Assembly (NCBI GenBank): GCA_945907065.1
Contig: CAMDSC010000006.1
Span: 9,111-73,110 of the forward strand
Reading direction: 5' to 3'
DNA: 64,000 bases
Source: Chitinophaga pinensis
GTDB lineage: Bacteria; Bacteroidota; Bacteroidia; NS11-12g; UBA9320
Shown piece after piece: positions 49,001-58,281 of this stretch. The translations under genes and the position numbers were made by a program. Position 1 is the stretch's first letter; each line of letters begins with the position of its first letter. The notes beneath the pieces were generated by a model, which saw only the letters and a program-made list of their open reading frames with translations, was not told the origin of the DNA and searched no databases.

Positions 49001-49128
49001 TTTCTAAATTATATAAAAACGAAAGATCATATCACATGTTGGAGGAAGTTGGTATAAAACCATCTGTGGTTTATATGACCAAAATTCGTAACGTAGAGCC
49101 ATTAAAATTAACCGAAAAACACTCATAA
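46087..49128 (+). CDS. actB: Alternative complex III subunit ActB (molybdopterin-oxidoreductase-like domain fused to a 4Fe-4S ferredoxin domain)
   Basis: Tat signal SNRRDFLKFFGFSVSAVALAAC, an N-terminal CxxC…C cluster (CGGCNSGCGIL) and C-terminal multiple CxxCxxCxxxCP ferredoxin motifs. 1013 aa. Confidence 0.85.
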   Translation: MEQNNQYWKGIEEAEKQPEFLQTKGNEFHEALPLEEVLNATDLDLSSNRRDFLKFFGFSVSAVALAACQKTPVKYAIPYVVKPENITPGNANYYASTCGGCNSGCGILVKTREGRPIKLDGNELSPLSQGATCATGQASILSLYDINRLANPLKDGKEEKEWSKLDSEITSKLANIASSNGGIRIVIKTSNSPSFDKALVAFKTKYPTTEVVVYDPISYSGILLANEKSFGKRVIPSYNFDKAEVIVSFGADFLGTWISPVEFTKQWVTNRNPKGGKLSKHFQFESTLSLTGTNADVRVPMRESKEGIYLISLYNEIAKLAGNAQLAVTQNAELAGNAIKNSAKELFAAKGKSLVISKSNNINNQTIVNGINIMLGNYGTTIDLDNYSNQSKFVEADFEKFINDLSSGSIKGVIFINSNPVYSYHNSTKLVEGLKKATLVVSTSDQNDETSDLAGYVCPDNHFLESWGDAEPKAGVYSFTQPTIAPVFNSRQAIESLLLWSGTPANEANAYNYIKTNWAADATIWNNAIHDGIYLKPASIASVPSFAANLTEVAFAVVADAPKSDTPELIIYQKVGVRDGSQANNPWLHEVPDPVSKVCYDNYVSVSKTEAQSKGIKQDDLINISAGGYTLKNIPVLIQPGQASGTYAIALGYGRTQSGKVGKDLGKNAYPFLKLANGTTSYSNAGVSIETTGDTYKLAQTQTHHTIEGRDYIREASLDEYNKNPFVRNENKTDLVSLWEEYDYSTGHKWGMAIDLNACTGCGACVVSCHIENNVPVVGRDEIRLRREMHWIRIDRYYSFYSPEAYLTKEDDIEKEKADIYDNIRVVHAPVMCQHCAHAPCETVCPVLATTHSAEGLNQMTYNRCIGTKYCGNNCPYKVRRFNWFRYNDNDAFDNHFNNDLGKMVINPDVTVRTRGVMEKCSFCVQRIQAGKLSAKRDGRKMKDGDVKTACAAACPSNAIVFGDMNDPNSEISKLYKNERSYHMLEEVGIKPSVVYMTKIRNVEPLKLTEKHS

Positions 49129-49135
49129 TATTTAA

Positions 49136-50491
49136 ATGTCAGTAATAGATGCAGCCATAAGGCCACCGTTAATTCAAGGTGGAAAAACCTACACAGATGT
49201 AACAACCGATATCTGCCGTCCGCTGGAAAATAAGCCAACACGGATGTGGTGGATAGGATTTACATTATCCTTCCTATGTTTATTGATTTTATTTGCCACT
49301 TTGTTTTGGACGGTCTGGACAGGTATTGGTGTTTGGAATATCAATAAATCAGTTATGTGGGGTTGGGATATAACCAACTTTGTATTTTGGATTGGTATTG
49401 GTCATGCCGGAACTCTGATTTCCGCAATTCTTTTGTTATTTAGGCAAAAATGGAGAATGTCCATTAATCGCTCCGCAGAAGCAATGACAATATTTGCAGT
49501 TATGTGCGCTGCTGTATTTCCATTTTTTCACATGGGTAGAATCTGGGTTGGTATCTATTGGGTTTTTCCATTACCAAATGCGTTTGGTTCATTATGGGTA
49601 AACTTTAATTCACCGCTACTTTGGGATGTATTTGCTATTTCAACTTACTTTTCGGTATCTTTAGTCTTTTGGTATTTAGGACTTATTCCAGATATAGCTA
49701 CTATTCGCGATCGTTCTACTACAAAAGCTAGGAAATATTGGTATAACTTTTTTGCCATGGGTTGGACCGGTTCTGTTAGAACTTGGGCTCGTTATGAAGT
49801 AGTATCATTAATTTTAGCAGGTATTTCAACTCCATTGGTACTTTCAGTACATACCATTGTATCCATGGACTTTGCAACATCTATTGTTCCTGGTTGGCAT
49901 ACAACAATATTTCCTCCCTATTTCGTAGCAGGTGCTATCTTCTCGGGTTTTGGAATGGTACTTACATTATTATTAGTAGCTCGAAAGGTTTTAAATTATG
50001 AAAATTATATAACTATAGGTCACCTAGAAGCTATGGCAAAAGTTGTAATGCTAACTGGTACTATGGTTGGGTTAGCTTATATTACAGAGTTCTTTATAGC
50101 TTGGTATTCGGGTTTTGAATACGAACAATATGCATTTATGAACAGAGCCTTTGGACCTTATTGGTGGGCTTATTGGACCATGATGAGTTGTAATCTAATT
50201 GCACCTCAGGTTTTTTGGTTCAAATGGGCTAGGACAACACCTTGGTTTTTATTTATGATGTCTATAATTGTTAACGTTGGTATGTGGTTTGAACGTTTTG
50301 TAATCATTGTTACCTCATTGCACCGTGATTACCTTACCTCCTCATGGGTTATGTACTCAGCATCATGGGTTGAGGTTGGTATATTTGTAGGGACGTTTGG
50401 TTTATTTTTCACTCTTTTCTTTGTGTTCTGCAGATTCCTTCCGGTAATCAATATGGCAGAAGTGAAAGGAATTTTAAAAAACAAAGAATAA
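49136..50491 (+). CDS. actC: Alternative complex III subunit ActC (NrfD/PsrC-like quinol-interacting membrane subunit)
   Basis: About 10 transmembrane helices, NrfD-like, positioned after ActB. Confidence 0.8.
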   Translation: MSVIDAAIRPPLIQGGKTYTDVTTDICRPLENKPTRMWWIGFTLSFLCLLILFATLFWTVWTGIGVWNINKSVMWGWDITNFVFWIGIGHAGTLISAILLLFRQKWRMSINRSAEAMTIFAVMCAAVFPFFHMGRIWVGIYWVFPLPNAFGSLWVNFNSPLLWDVFAISTYFSVSLVFWYLGLIPDIATIRDRSTTKARKYWYNFFAMGWTGSVRTWARYEVVSLILAGISTPLVLSVHTIVSMDFATSIVPGWHTTIFPPYFVAGAIFSGFGMVLTLLLVARKVLNYENYITIGHLEAMAKVVMLTGTMVGLAYITEFFIAWYSGFEYEQYAFMNRAFGPYWWAYWTMMSCNLIAPQVFWFKWARTTPWFLFMMSIIVNVGMWFERFVIIVTSLHRDYLTSSWVMYSASWVEVGIFVGTFGLFFTLFFVFCRFLPVINMAEVKGILKNKE

Positions 50492-50492
50492 T

Positions 50493-51074
50493 ATGTTTTG
50501 CTTTAGCACGTCAATAAATAAACGCAATTTAATTTACGGTGTATTTGATGATGATAGTAATCTCATCAATACCGTTGAAGAAGTAAGAGAAAAAGGAATC
50601 GAAGTATTTGATTGCTACACTCCATTTCCTGTTCACCATTTAGATACTGCTATGGGTATCAACCGTACACGCCTTACTATTGCCGCATTTCTATGTGGTA
50701 CTACAGGTTTTTGCCTCGGTTTGTTACTACAGTTTTATACAATGATTTTTGATTGGCCAATGAATATTGGTGGTAAACCTAGTGATTATCATATGTTGCC
50801 AAGTATGGTTCCGGTAGTATTTGAATGTACTGTATTATGCACTGCCTATGGCTTAGCCTTTTTATTTTTCTTTCGTAATAAAATGGGTCATGGTGTAAGG
50901 CCTGATATTTTGGACCTGCGTCAGACAGATGACCATTTATTAATAGCTTTTGATTCTGACACAATGGATCAAGCTACTAAAACTGAGTTAAATGCTATAT
51001 TAACAAAAAACGGAGTATTATCAATTCATGAATATAGCGGACAATATGCCATTGAAGGAGGTGCCCATGCATAA
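50493..51074 (+). CDS. actD: Alternative complex III subunit ActD (DUF3341 membrane protein)
   Basis: A small two-transmembrane protein. Its start lies 1 nt after the actC stop and its stop overlaps the actE start. Confidence 0.65.
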   Translation: MFCFSTSINKRNLIYGVFDDDSNLINTVEEVREKGIEVFDCYTPFPVHHLDTAMGINRTRLTIAAFLCGTTGFCLGLLLQFYTMIFDWPMNIGGKPSDYHMLPSMVPVVFECTVLCTAYGLAFLFFFRNKMGHGVRPDILDLRQTDDHLLIAFDSDTMDQATKTELNAILTKNGVLSIHEYSGQYAIEGGAHA

Positions 51075-51687
51075 ATTATATAAATTATTGGTTGTTGCTT
51101 TTATAGCAATTACCTTTTACTCATGCAAAAGCCGTGGCGAAAATACAGGGATTGAATATGCTCCCGATATGTATATTTCTAAGGGTTATGAGCCTTTCAC
51201 TCAAACTCGTCATATGAAGTATAGCGCTACCGGGATGACTATGCGTTTGCCTGTGGTCGGTTCAATTGCACGTGGTCAGTTAGATTTTGTTTACAATTAC
51301 CCAGATTCACCTGAAGGATATGAAGCTTCTTCAGCTAATATTAATCCTGTTGAAAAAACAGCTGTTAATTTATTAGCTGGAAAAAAATTATACGATGTGT
51401 ATTGCTGGAGTTGTCATGGCAAAGATGGAAAAAATGATGGGCCTGTAATAGTAGAAGGGAAATTTGCAAAACCACCATTTGCTAATTATCAAACCCCTTA
51501 TATACAAACCTTAGCTGATGGAAAAATATTTCATGTTATTACTTATGGTAAAAATATGATGGGTTCGCATGCCGCTATGCTCACACCAACGGAGCGTTGG
51601 AAGGTAATAAATTATGTTAAAAGTTTGAGTTTTGCCAATGGCGCCGCTCCGGCTGCTGGCGATAGTACAGTAGTTAAAGTAAATTAA
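51067..51687 (+). CDS. actE: Alternative complex III subunit ActE (monohaem cytochrome c lipoprotein)
   Basis: Lipoprotein signal (…ITFYSCKS) and a single CWSCHG haem motif. The ATG overlaps the actD stop (ATGCATAA). The track ORF is extended upstream to 51028. Confidence 0.75.
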   Translation: MHKLYKLLVVAFIAITFYSCKSRGENTGIEYAPDMYISKGYEPFTQTRHMKYSATGMTMRLPVVGSIARGQLDFVYNYPDSPEGYEASSANINPVEKTAVNLLAGKKLYDVYCWSCHGKDGKNDGPVIVEGKFAKPPFANYQTPYIQTLADGKIFHVITYGKNMMGSHAAMLTPTERWKVINYVKSLSFANGAAPAAGDSTVVKVN

Positions 51688-51698
51688 GTAATCAACAA

Positions 51699-53030
51699 AT
51701 GGGACATCATCATATAGAAATAAAGCAGGAAAAATTTGAGTTTACCTCGCGATCCAAGATGCTGAGTATAATACTGCTGGCTGTTGGAATTATATTGTCA
51801 GTTATTGGAGTATATCAAATCAAAGCAAATGATAGTAAAGTGGCTACCGAAACCACCACTGTGCATGCCGAAGCTTCACACGAAACAGCGGCTCCTGTAG
51901 CACATGGAGGAGAGCACTCTGAACAACTACTACCAACCCGTTTTTGGGCCAATATGCTGGTAAATAGTTATTATTTTTTACTGTTTGCTGTTGGAGCGTT
52001 ATTTTTTGTGGCACTTAATTATGTAGCTAATGCCGGTTGGGCAGTTATGGTAAAGCGAGTAGCCGAAGGAATTAGTGCCTATATTCCTATTGGGTTAATA
52101 TTACTTTTTATTACCCTTTACTTTGGAGGAACGCAATTGTATCATTGGTTGCATTATGAGCATGAAGGACTTAAAGAAGGAATGGAAGGATATGATAAAA
52201 TATTAGCTGGTAAAAGCCCCTTCTTAAATACGAAATTTTTATTTTTAGGAGTGCCATTATTTATATTAATCTGGTATTGCTTCCGTATAATACTTCGCCG
52301 TTTGTCTATTAAGGAAGATAGCGAGGGTGGTTTAACCTTTTTTAGACGTTCTACTCGTTTTTCAGCTGCATTTTTAGTAATCTTTGGATTTAGTTTTTCT
52401 ATGCTAGTATGGCTGATGATAATGAGTGTGGATGCACATTGGTACAGCACTATTTATACTATTAATAATTTTGCTGTAATGTTTGTAACCGCAGTAACAG
52501 TTATTTGTTTCTTTACAATATATCTGAAATCTAAGGGATATATGGAACTGGTTTCGTCTGAAATTATGCATGACTTAGGTAAATTTATGTTTGCTTTCTG
52601 TATATTTTGGGCATATACATGGTTAGCTCAGTATCTATTAATTTGGTATGCTAATATTCATGAGGAAGTTGTTTATTTTCAAGTTCGTTTGCATAGCTCA
52701 TTTCGGCCATTATTTTTTACAAATTTATTTATGAATTTCTTCATTCCATTTTTATTATTAATGATGCGAAATGCTAAGCGTAATCCAAAATCATTATTGG
52801 TAGCAGGATCTATTATTTTAGTTGGTCATTGGTTAGATATATATTTAATGATTATGCCAGGAACATTAGGTAGTGCTTCAGCCGGTCTAGGTTTGCTTGA
52901 GCTAGGTATGCCAATGGCATTTGCAGGTTTATTTATTTATGTAGTTAAATATAGTTTATCCAAAGCTAATTTGTACGCAATTAATCACCCTTATATTATG
53001 GAATCTGCAACTTATGATGTAGGGCCATAA
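51699..53030 (+). CDS. actF: Alternative complex III subunit ActF (second NrfD-like membrane subunit)
   Basis: A polytopic membrane protein paralogous in composition to ActC, and the last gene of the cluster. Confidence 0.7.
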   Translation: MGHHHIEIKQEKFEFTSRSKMLSIILLAVGIILSVIGVYQIKANDSKVATETTTVHAEASHETAAPVAHGGEHSEQLLPTRFWANMLVNSYYFLLFAVGALFFVALNYVANAGWAVMVKRVAEGISAYIPIGLILLFITLYFGGTQLYHWLHYEHEGLKEGMEGYDKILAGKSPFLNTKFLFLGVPLFILIWYCFRIILRRLSIKEDSEGGLTFFRRSTRFSAAFLVIFGFSFSMLVWLMIMSVDAHWYSTIYTINNFAVMFVTAVTVICFFTIYLKSKGYMELVSSEIMHDLGKFMFAFCIFWAYTWLAQYLLIWYANIHEEVVYFQVRLHSSFRPLFFTNLFMNFFIPFLLLMMRNAKRNPKSLLVAGSIILVGHWLDIYLMIMPGTLGSASAGLGLLELGMPMAFAGLFIYVVKYSLSKANLYAINHPYIMESATYDVGP

Positions 53031-53051
53031 TATAAAAGTTTTTAATTTTAT

Positions 53052-53082
53052 AAAGCCCTAAACATATTCTGTTTAGGGCTTT
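53052..53082 (+). terminator. Rho-independent terminator-like hairpin after actF
   Basis: aaagccctaaac-atattct-gtttagggcttt forms a 12-bp stem and is followed by atattt. Confidence 0.5.
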
Positions 53083-53153
53083 ATATTTAAGTAAAAATTT
53101 ATAGTAAGGAGTTTGTTAGAGATAAATATTTCAATTTTTGAGAAAGCTAAACT

Positions 53154-53369
53154 ATGAATATTAACCAACCTAATAATCTTTTGCATGGAATTACACTTGA
53201 AGCAATACTAAAACATTTAGTGGATTATTATGGTTGGGAACAATTGGGTATAAGGATAAATATTAGGTGTTTCAATGAAAATCCTAGTATAAAATCGAGT
53301 TTGGTCTTTTTACGAAAAACACCTTGGGCCAGAAAAAAAGTAGAGAATTTGTATTTAGAAACTCTTTAG
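53154..53369 (+). CDS. DUF2132-family small protein
   Basis: [59 protein letters not shown] matches the conserved DUF2132 (VF530-like) pattern. Confidence 0.5.
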   Translation: MNINQPNNLLHGITLEAILKHLVDYYGWEQLGIRINIRCFNENPSIKSSLVFLRKTPWARKKVENLYLETL

Positions 53370-54685
53370 ATTTCTCTGTTCACATCCCAATTCTCTAAAT
53401 AATCAGCAACCCGTCTTACAAAACTGCCGCCTAAAGCGCCGTCTACCACTCGATGGTCGTAACTATGACTTAAAAACATCATATGACGGATGGCTATTAC
53501 ATCGCCATATTCAGTTTCTAATACAGCTGGTTTTTTCCGAATGGCTCCAGTAGCCAATATTGCCACTTGAGGTTGATTAATTATTGGAGTGCCCATAACA
53601 TTGCCAAAAGTTCCTACATTGGTCAAAGTATAAGTTCCTCCTTGAATATCATCTGGAGTTAGTTTGTTTGTTCTAGCGCGATTGGCCAAATCATTAACAG
53701 CTTTAGCAAGTCCAAGTAAATTCATCATATCCGCATTTTTAATTACAGGAACAATCAAATTTCCTGATGGCAAAGCTGCTGCCATACCGATATTAATATT
53801 TTTTCTTTTTATAATATTTGTGCCGTCCAACGAAATATTTATCATTGGAAAATCTTTGATAGCTTTTACTACTGCTTCAATAAACAAAGGGGTAAAAGTT
53901 AAATTTTCACCTTCACGCTTTTTAAATACATCCTTCATTTTATTGCGCCAGTTTACTAAATTTGTAACATCGGCTTCTACAAACGAAGTAACGTGAGGCG
54001 AGGTACTAACACTCATTACCATGTGATCGGCAATCAGTTTTCGCATTCGGTCCATTTCTATTATTTCGTCTCCGTTATTTAAAGAAATAGCTGGCTTTTG
54101 TGCAGGTTTTGCAGGTTCGTTTACCGTAATTGAAGGAACTGCTTGGCTTGCAGCAGCTGTTAAAGGCTGTTTGTCTTTATTCTCAACGTATTCTAATATA
54201 TCCCGTTTGGTTACACGATCATCTTTTCCTGTTCCAGGTATCTTCTCTAATTCGGTCATTCCAACTCCTTCGGCACGAGCAATATTTAAAACCAAAGGCG
54301 AATAAAATTTGTTGCCGTTATTGGATGGTGCATCTGTATTTTCTATGGCATTAGCCACAAAATTCTCAGCTACTTTCATAGCTTCAGTAAGTTTTAAACT
54401 ATCATTGGCAACCTGTGAAATTACAGGAACTGAAGCTACTTCACCTTCTGTAATAATTATAGCAACCGGAGCACCAACTTTTACTACATCTCCTTCATTA
54501 AATAGTTTTTTACTTAAAATTCCTCCTTTTGGAGTTGGTACTTCACTATCTACTTTATCGGTGGCTATTTCTAAAATCGCTTCATCAATTTCAATTTTAT
54601 CTCCTTCATTTTTTAGCCAACGTATAATAGTTGCTTCTGCAATACTTTCCCCCATTTTGGGCATCACTAATTGAAATTCAGCCAT
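53366..54685 (-). CDS. 2-oxo-acid dehydrogenase complex E2 component (dihydrolipoamide acyltransferase)
   Basis: An N-terminal lipoyl domain (…[12 protein letters not shown]…), an E3-binding segment, an Ala/Pro linker and a catalytic domain with [11 protein letters not shown]. Confidence 0.8.
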   Translation of the reverse strand: MAEFQLVMPKMGESIAEATIIRWLKNEGDKIEIDEAILEIATDKVDSEVPTPKGGILSKKLFNEGDVVKVGAPVAIIITEGEVASVPVISQVANDSLKLTEAMKVAENFVANAIENTDAPSNNGNKFYSPLVLNIARAEGVGMTELEKIPGTGKDDRVTKRDILEYVENKDKQPLTAAASQAVPSITVNEPAKPAQKPAISLNNGDEIIEMDRMRKLIADHMVMSVSTSPHVTSFVEADVTNLVNWRNKMKDVFKKREGENLTFTPLFIEAVVKAIKDFPMINISLDGTNIIKRKNINIGMAAALPSGNLIVPVIKNADMMNLLGLAKAVNDLANRARTNKLTPDDIQGGTYTLTNVGTFGNVMGTPIINQPQVAILATGAIRKKPAVLETEYGDVIAIRHMMFLSHSYDHRVVDGALGGSFVRRVADYLENWDVNREI

Positions 54686-54779
54686 AATATTATTTATTTA
54701 AAAAGGACTGCAAAAATGCAAAAAAATGTTGAAGATTAGATTGGTAATTTGTTAAAATCAAATGCCATTTTTGTAATGA

Positions 54780-55319
54780 ATGAAAAACTTACTAAACATA
54801 CCTTCAAAAAGTGACGAAGGAAATTATCAAGCCGTTATTGAAATTCCTGCCGGAACCAATCGTAAAACTGAAATTAATAAGGTAACAGGTGCTTTTGAAA
54901 CTAGCCTTAGAAATGGAAATCCACGCATTATTGATTTTTTGGGTTATCCTGTTAATTATGGTTTTGTTCCCAGCACATCAATGGCTAAAAGCAGGGGAGG
55001 AGATGGTGACCCGATAGATGCATTAATTATTTGTGATAGTTTGCCAATGGCAATTAGTGTTGAATTTATTCCAATTGCATTATTACGATTGAAAGATAAT
55101 AATGAGTTAGATTCAAAAATTATTGGTGTACCCGCCAATCCATATTCTCGAACTATATGCGCTACTGATTTTAATGAATTTAAAACAATGTATCCTGCAA
55201 TAATGGATATTTTGGTAAAATGGTTTTTGAATTATGACAAACAAAATGATACGACTGAATTTATTTGTTGGGACAATGAATTAAAAGCTATTGAAGAAAT
55301 TGAAAAATGGAGAGTGTAA
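54780..55319 (+). CDS. ppa: Inorganic pyrophosphatase (family I)
   Basis: EIPAGTN…K…, DGDPIDALI and 179 aa. Confidence 0.85.
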   Translation: MKNLLNIPSKSDEGNYQAVIEIPAGTNRKTEINKVTGAFETSLRNGNPRIIDFLGYPVNYGFVPSTSMAKSRGGDGDPIDALIICDSLPMAISVEFIPIALLRLKDNNELDSKIIGVPANPYSRTICATDFNEFKTMYPAIMDILVKWFLNYDKQNDTTEFICWDNELKAIEEIEKWRV

Positions 55320-55403
55320 TTAGAAAATTATCTTTTATTTTAAAAAAAAGTATTAAATGATTGTAAATAATTTCATCAACAAATCCCTAATAAATTTGCA
55401 TTT

Positions 55404-56075
55404 TTGCAGTGTTATTCAAAGGTGAGATATTTAGTTTATAGTTTATTACTTTTTATTGTAAATACAGTTTCGGCTCAAGAAGGGCCATTGCGAATAGCAA
55501 AACTTAAATATGCCGGTGGTGGCGATTGGTATGCCGCCCGAACCGCCCTTCCAAATTTAATTAAGTATTGTAACCGTCAATTAGGTACTAGTATTGATGC
55601 TAATGATGCCATTGTGGAACCTGCAAGTAAGGAGATTTTTAATTATCCATATATTTTTATGACAGGTCATGGAACCTTTTTATTTAGTGATAATGAAGCC
55701 GATAATCTTCGAAATTATTTAATGGCCGGTGGTTTCTTGCATATAGATGATAACTATGGACTCGATCCACACGTTCGACCTCAACTTAAAAAAGTATTTC
55801 CTGAACTTGATTTTGTAGAACTTCCTTTTAGTCATCCGATATTTCATCAGAGATATGAATTTACCAATGGGTTACCCAAAATTCATGAGCATGATGGAAA
55901 ATCCGCTCAAGCATTTGGATTGTTATTTGAAGGAAGATTAGTTTGCCTTTATACCTTTGAATGTGACCTTGGAAATGGTTGGGAAGATTTTGGAATCCAT
56001 GGGGATAGCGAGGATAAGCGCCAACAGGCATTAAAAATGGGAGCAAATATTTTACAATATATTTTTAGCCAATAA
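55404..56075 (+). CDS. DUF4159-family secreted protein
   Basis: A signal peptide, then RIAKLKYAGGGDWYAARTALPNL… and …YPYIFMTGHGTFLFSDNEADNLRNYLMAGGFLHIDDNYG, which fit the conserved DUF4159 core. Confidence 0.45.
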   Translation: MQCYSKVRYLVYSLLLFIVNTVSAQEGPLRIAKLKYAGGGDWYAARTALPNLIKYCNRQLGTSIDANDAIVEPASKEIFNYPYIFMTGHGTFLFSDNEADNLRNYLMAGGFLHIDDNYGLDPHVRPQLKKVFPELDFVELPFSHPIFHQRYEFTNGLPKIHEHDGKSAQAFGLLFEGRLVCLYTFECDLGNGWEDFGIHGDSEDKRQQALKMGANILQYIFSQ

Positions 56076-56078
56076 ATA

Positions 56079-56960
56079 ATGCCAGAAACCAGACGTTATT
56101 ATTTTATTATTAATCCGATTTCGGGCGGTCGTACTAAAAAGGATGCTGTTAAATACATTAACGAATTAATGAATGAAAACCAGCTGGAATTTGGAATTGG
56201 CTGGTGGGAAACAGGAGTAAAAGTAGCTGACTTAGTAAATGAAGGTATTTCGCGTGGATTTAATACTATGGTGGCTGTGGGTGGTGATGGAACTATCAAT
56301 CAGGTTGCTAAAGAAATTGTAAATACAAATATAGTTTTAGGGATAATTCCATTTGGTTCGGGCAATGGATTTGCAAGGCATCTTGGTATAAAAGGACACA
56401 TCGATGATCAAATGCAAATACTGCTTAACGGACATGTGAAAACAATTGATACTGGCTGCTGCAATGACCATTTTTTTATAAACGTTTCTGGTATTGGATT
56501 TGATGCCCATGTGAGTCATTTATTTGCCCATACAGAAGGTAGAGGTATTATTAATTATGCTAAAGTATCGCTAAAAGAAGCACGATTATACCCTGAAGAA
56601 ACCTACCAATTAATTATAGATGGTAAAGAATCGGAAGAAACGGTTTTTTTGATAAGTGTAGCCAATGGTTCGCAGTGGGGCAATGAATTTTATATAGCTC
56701 CTGATGCTGAACTTAACGATGGTCAATTAAGATGTTGCCTATTAAATAAACCCCCGTTAATGGCTATTCCAGGTTTAATAAAACGTTTTTTAACCGGCGA
56801 AATAGCCGAAAGTAAATATTACAAGGATATTGCGTTTCATAATCTAAAAATAAAGCGCCAAAAGGAAGGCCCTGTTCATTTGGATGGCGAACCCATTTGG
56901 CTCAAAGAAGATTTGGAATTTAAAGTGGTGAAGGATTCGCTGAAAGTTATTTGTTCTTAA
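56079..56960 (+). CDS. Diacylglycerol/lipid kinase catalytic-domain protein (YegS/BmrU-like)
   Basis: FIINPISGG…, GGDGTINQVA and 293 aa. Confidence 0.7.
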   Translation: MPETRRYYFIINPISGGRTKKDAVKYINELMNENQLEFGIGWWETGVKVADLVNEGISRGFNTMVAVGGDGTINQVAKEIVNTNIVLGIIPFGSGNGFARHLGIKGHIDDQMQILLNGHVKTIDTGCCNDHFFINVSGIGFDAHVSHLFAHTEGRGIINYAKVSLKEARLYPEETYQLIIDGKESEETVFLISVANGSQWGNEFYIAPDAELNDGQLRCCLLNKPPLMAIPGLIKRFLTGEIAESKYYKDIAFHNLKIKRQKEGPVHLDGEPIWLKEDLEFKVVKDSLKVICS

Positions 56961-56963
56961 GGA

Positions 56964-58190
56964 TTATTTACCACACTCCACAATTGTTCTTTCAATTATA
57001 TCTGCCGCTTCATTTATCTCCGCTTCGTTAATAATTAATGGCGGAGCAAAGCGGATAATATGATCGTGGGTTTGTTTGGCTAATAAGCCATTGTCTTTTA
57101 AAGCAAGGCAAACATCCAAAGCAGTTTTATTATCTCTAAATGGTTTTATAACAACGGCATTAAACAAACCTTTTCCGCGGATGGTTTCAATTATTGGTGA
57201 TTTTATATTTTGCAATCTTGCTCTAAAAATTTCACCCATTTTAAACGAATTTTCAGAAAGATTTTCATCTTTAATAACTTCTAATGCGGCCATTGCCACT
57301 TTGCATGCCAATGGATTTCCACCAAAGGTGGAACCATGTTGACCGGGCTTAATAGTCATCATTATTTCATCATTGCACAGCACAGCAGATACCGGAATTA
57401 CACCGCCACCAAGTGCTTTTCCTAATATTAAAATATCAGGTTTTACATTTTCATAATCACAGGCCAATAATTTTCCGGTACGGCCCAATCCTGTTTGTAT
57501 TTCATCGGCTATAAATAATACATTTTTGCCTTTGCATAAATCATACGCTTTTTTTAAATAACCTTCATCTGGAATAACCACTCCGGCTTCCCCTTGTATA
57601 GGTTCCACAATAAATCCAGCTATATTTGGGTCTTCTAGGGCTTTTGCCAAAGCGGGAATATTATTATAAGGAATTACTTCAAAACCCGGCATAAATGGTC
57701 CAAAATTATTATAACTGCTTGGGTCGGTAGATGAAGAAACCGCAGACAAGGTTCGTCCCCAAAAATTACCTTCCACAAAAAGAATTTTAGCTTTATTGGC
57801 TGTTACACCTTTTACTTCATAAGCCCATTTTCGACAAAGTTTTAAAGCTGTTTCACCACCTTCAACACCTGTATTCATTGGCAAAACTTTGTCATATCCA
57901 AAATAAGAGGTTATGAATTTTTCGTATTCGCCAAGTATATTATTATGAAAGGCACGTGAAGTAAGCGTCAATTTACGAGCCTGGTCAGTAAGAGTATTTA
58001 TTATTTTAGGATGGCAATGGCCTTGGTTTACTGCACTGTATGCTGATAAAAAGTCAAAGTATTTTTTACCTTCAATATCCCACAAATATATTCCGTGCCC
58101 ACGCTCTAATACTACTGGGATAGGATGATAATTGTGAGCCCCAAATTTGTCTTCAAGTTCTATTGCAGTTGGTGTTTGCTTAGCCATCAT
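56964..58190 (-). CDS. rocD: Ornithine--oxo-acid aminotransferase
   Basis: The class-III aminotransferase signature [17 protein letters not shown] characteristic of OAT, plus a PLP-Lys region. Confidence 0.85.
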   Translation of the reverse strand: MMAKQTPTAIELEDKFGAHNYHPIPVVLERGHGIYLWDIEGKKYFDFLSAYSAVNQGHCHPKIINTLTDQARKLTLTSRAFHNNILGEYEKFITSYFGYDKVLPMNTGVEGGETALKLCRKWAYEVKGVTANKAKILFVEGNFWGRTLSAVSSSTDPSSYNNFGPFMPGFEVIPYNNIPALAKALEDPNIAGFIVEPIQGEAGVVIPDEGYLKKAYDLCKGKNVLFIADEIQTGLGRTGKLLACDYENVKPDILILGKALGGGVIPVSAVLCNDEIMMTIKPGQHGSTFGGNPLACKVAMAALEVIKDENLSENSFKMGEIFRARLQNIKSPIIETIRGKGLFNAVVIKPFRDNKTALDVCLALKDNGLLAKQTHDHIIRFAPPLIINEAEINEAADIIERTIVECGK

Positions 58191-58281
58191 GCTGCAAAGG
58201 TAAGTTAATCCTTTTAAAAGATTATTTTAGTAATTTTGTTAAATCACAAATAAGACCAATATATTACTTCTTTTGTTTTTA

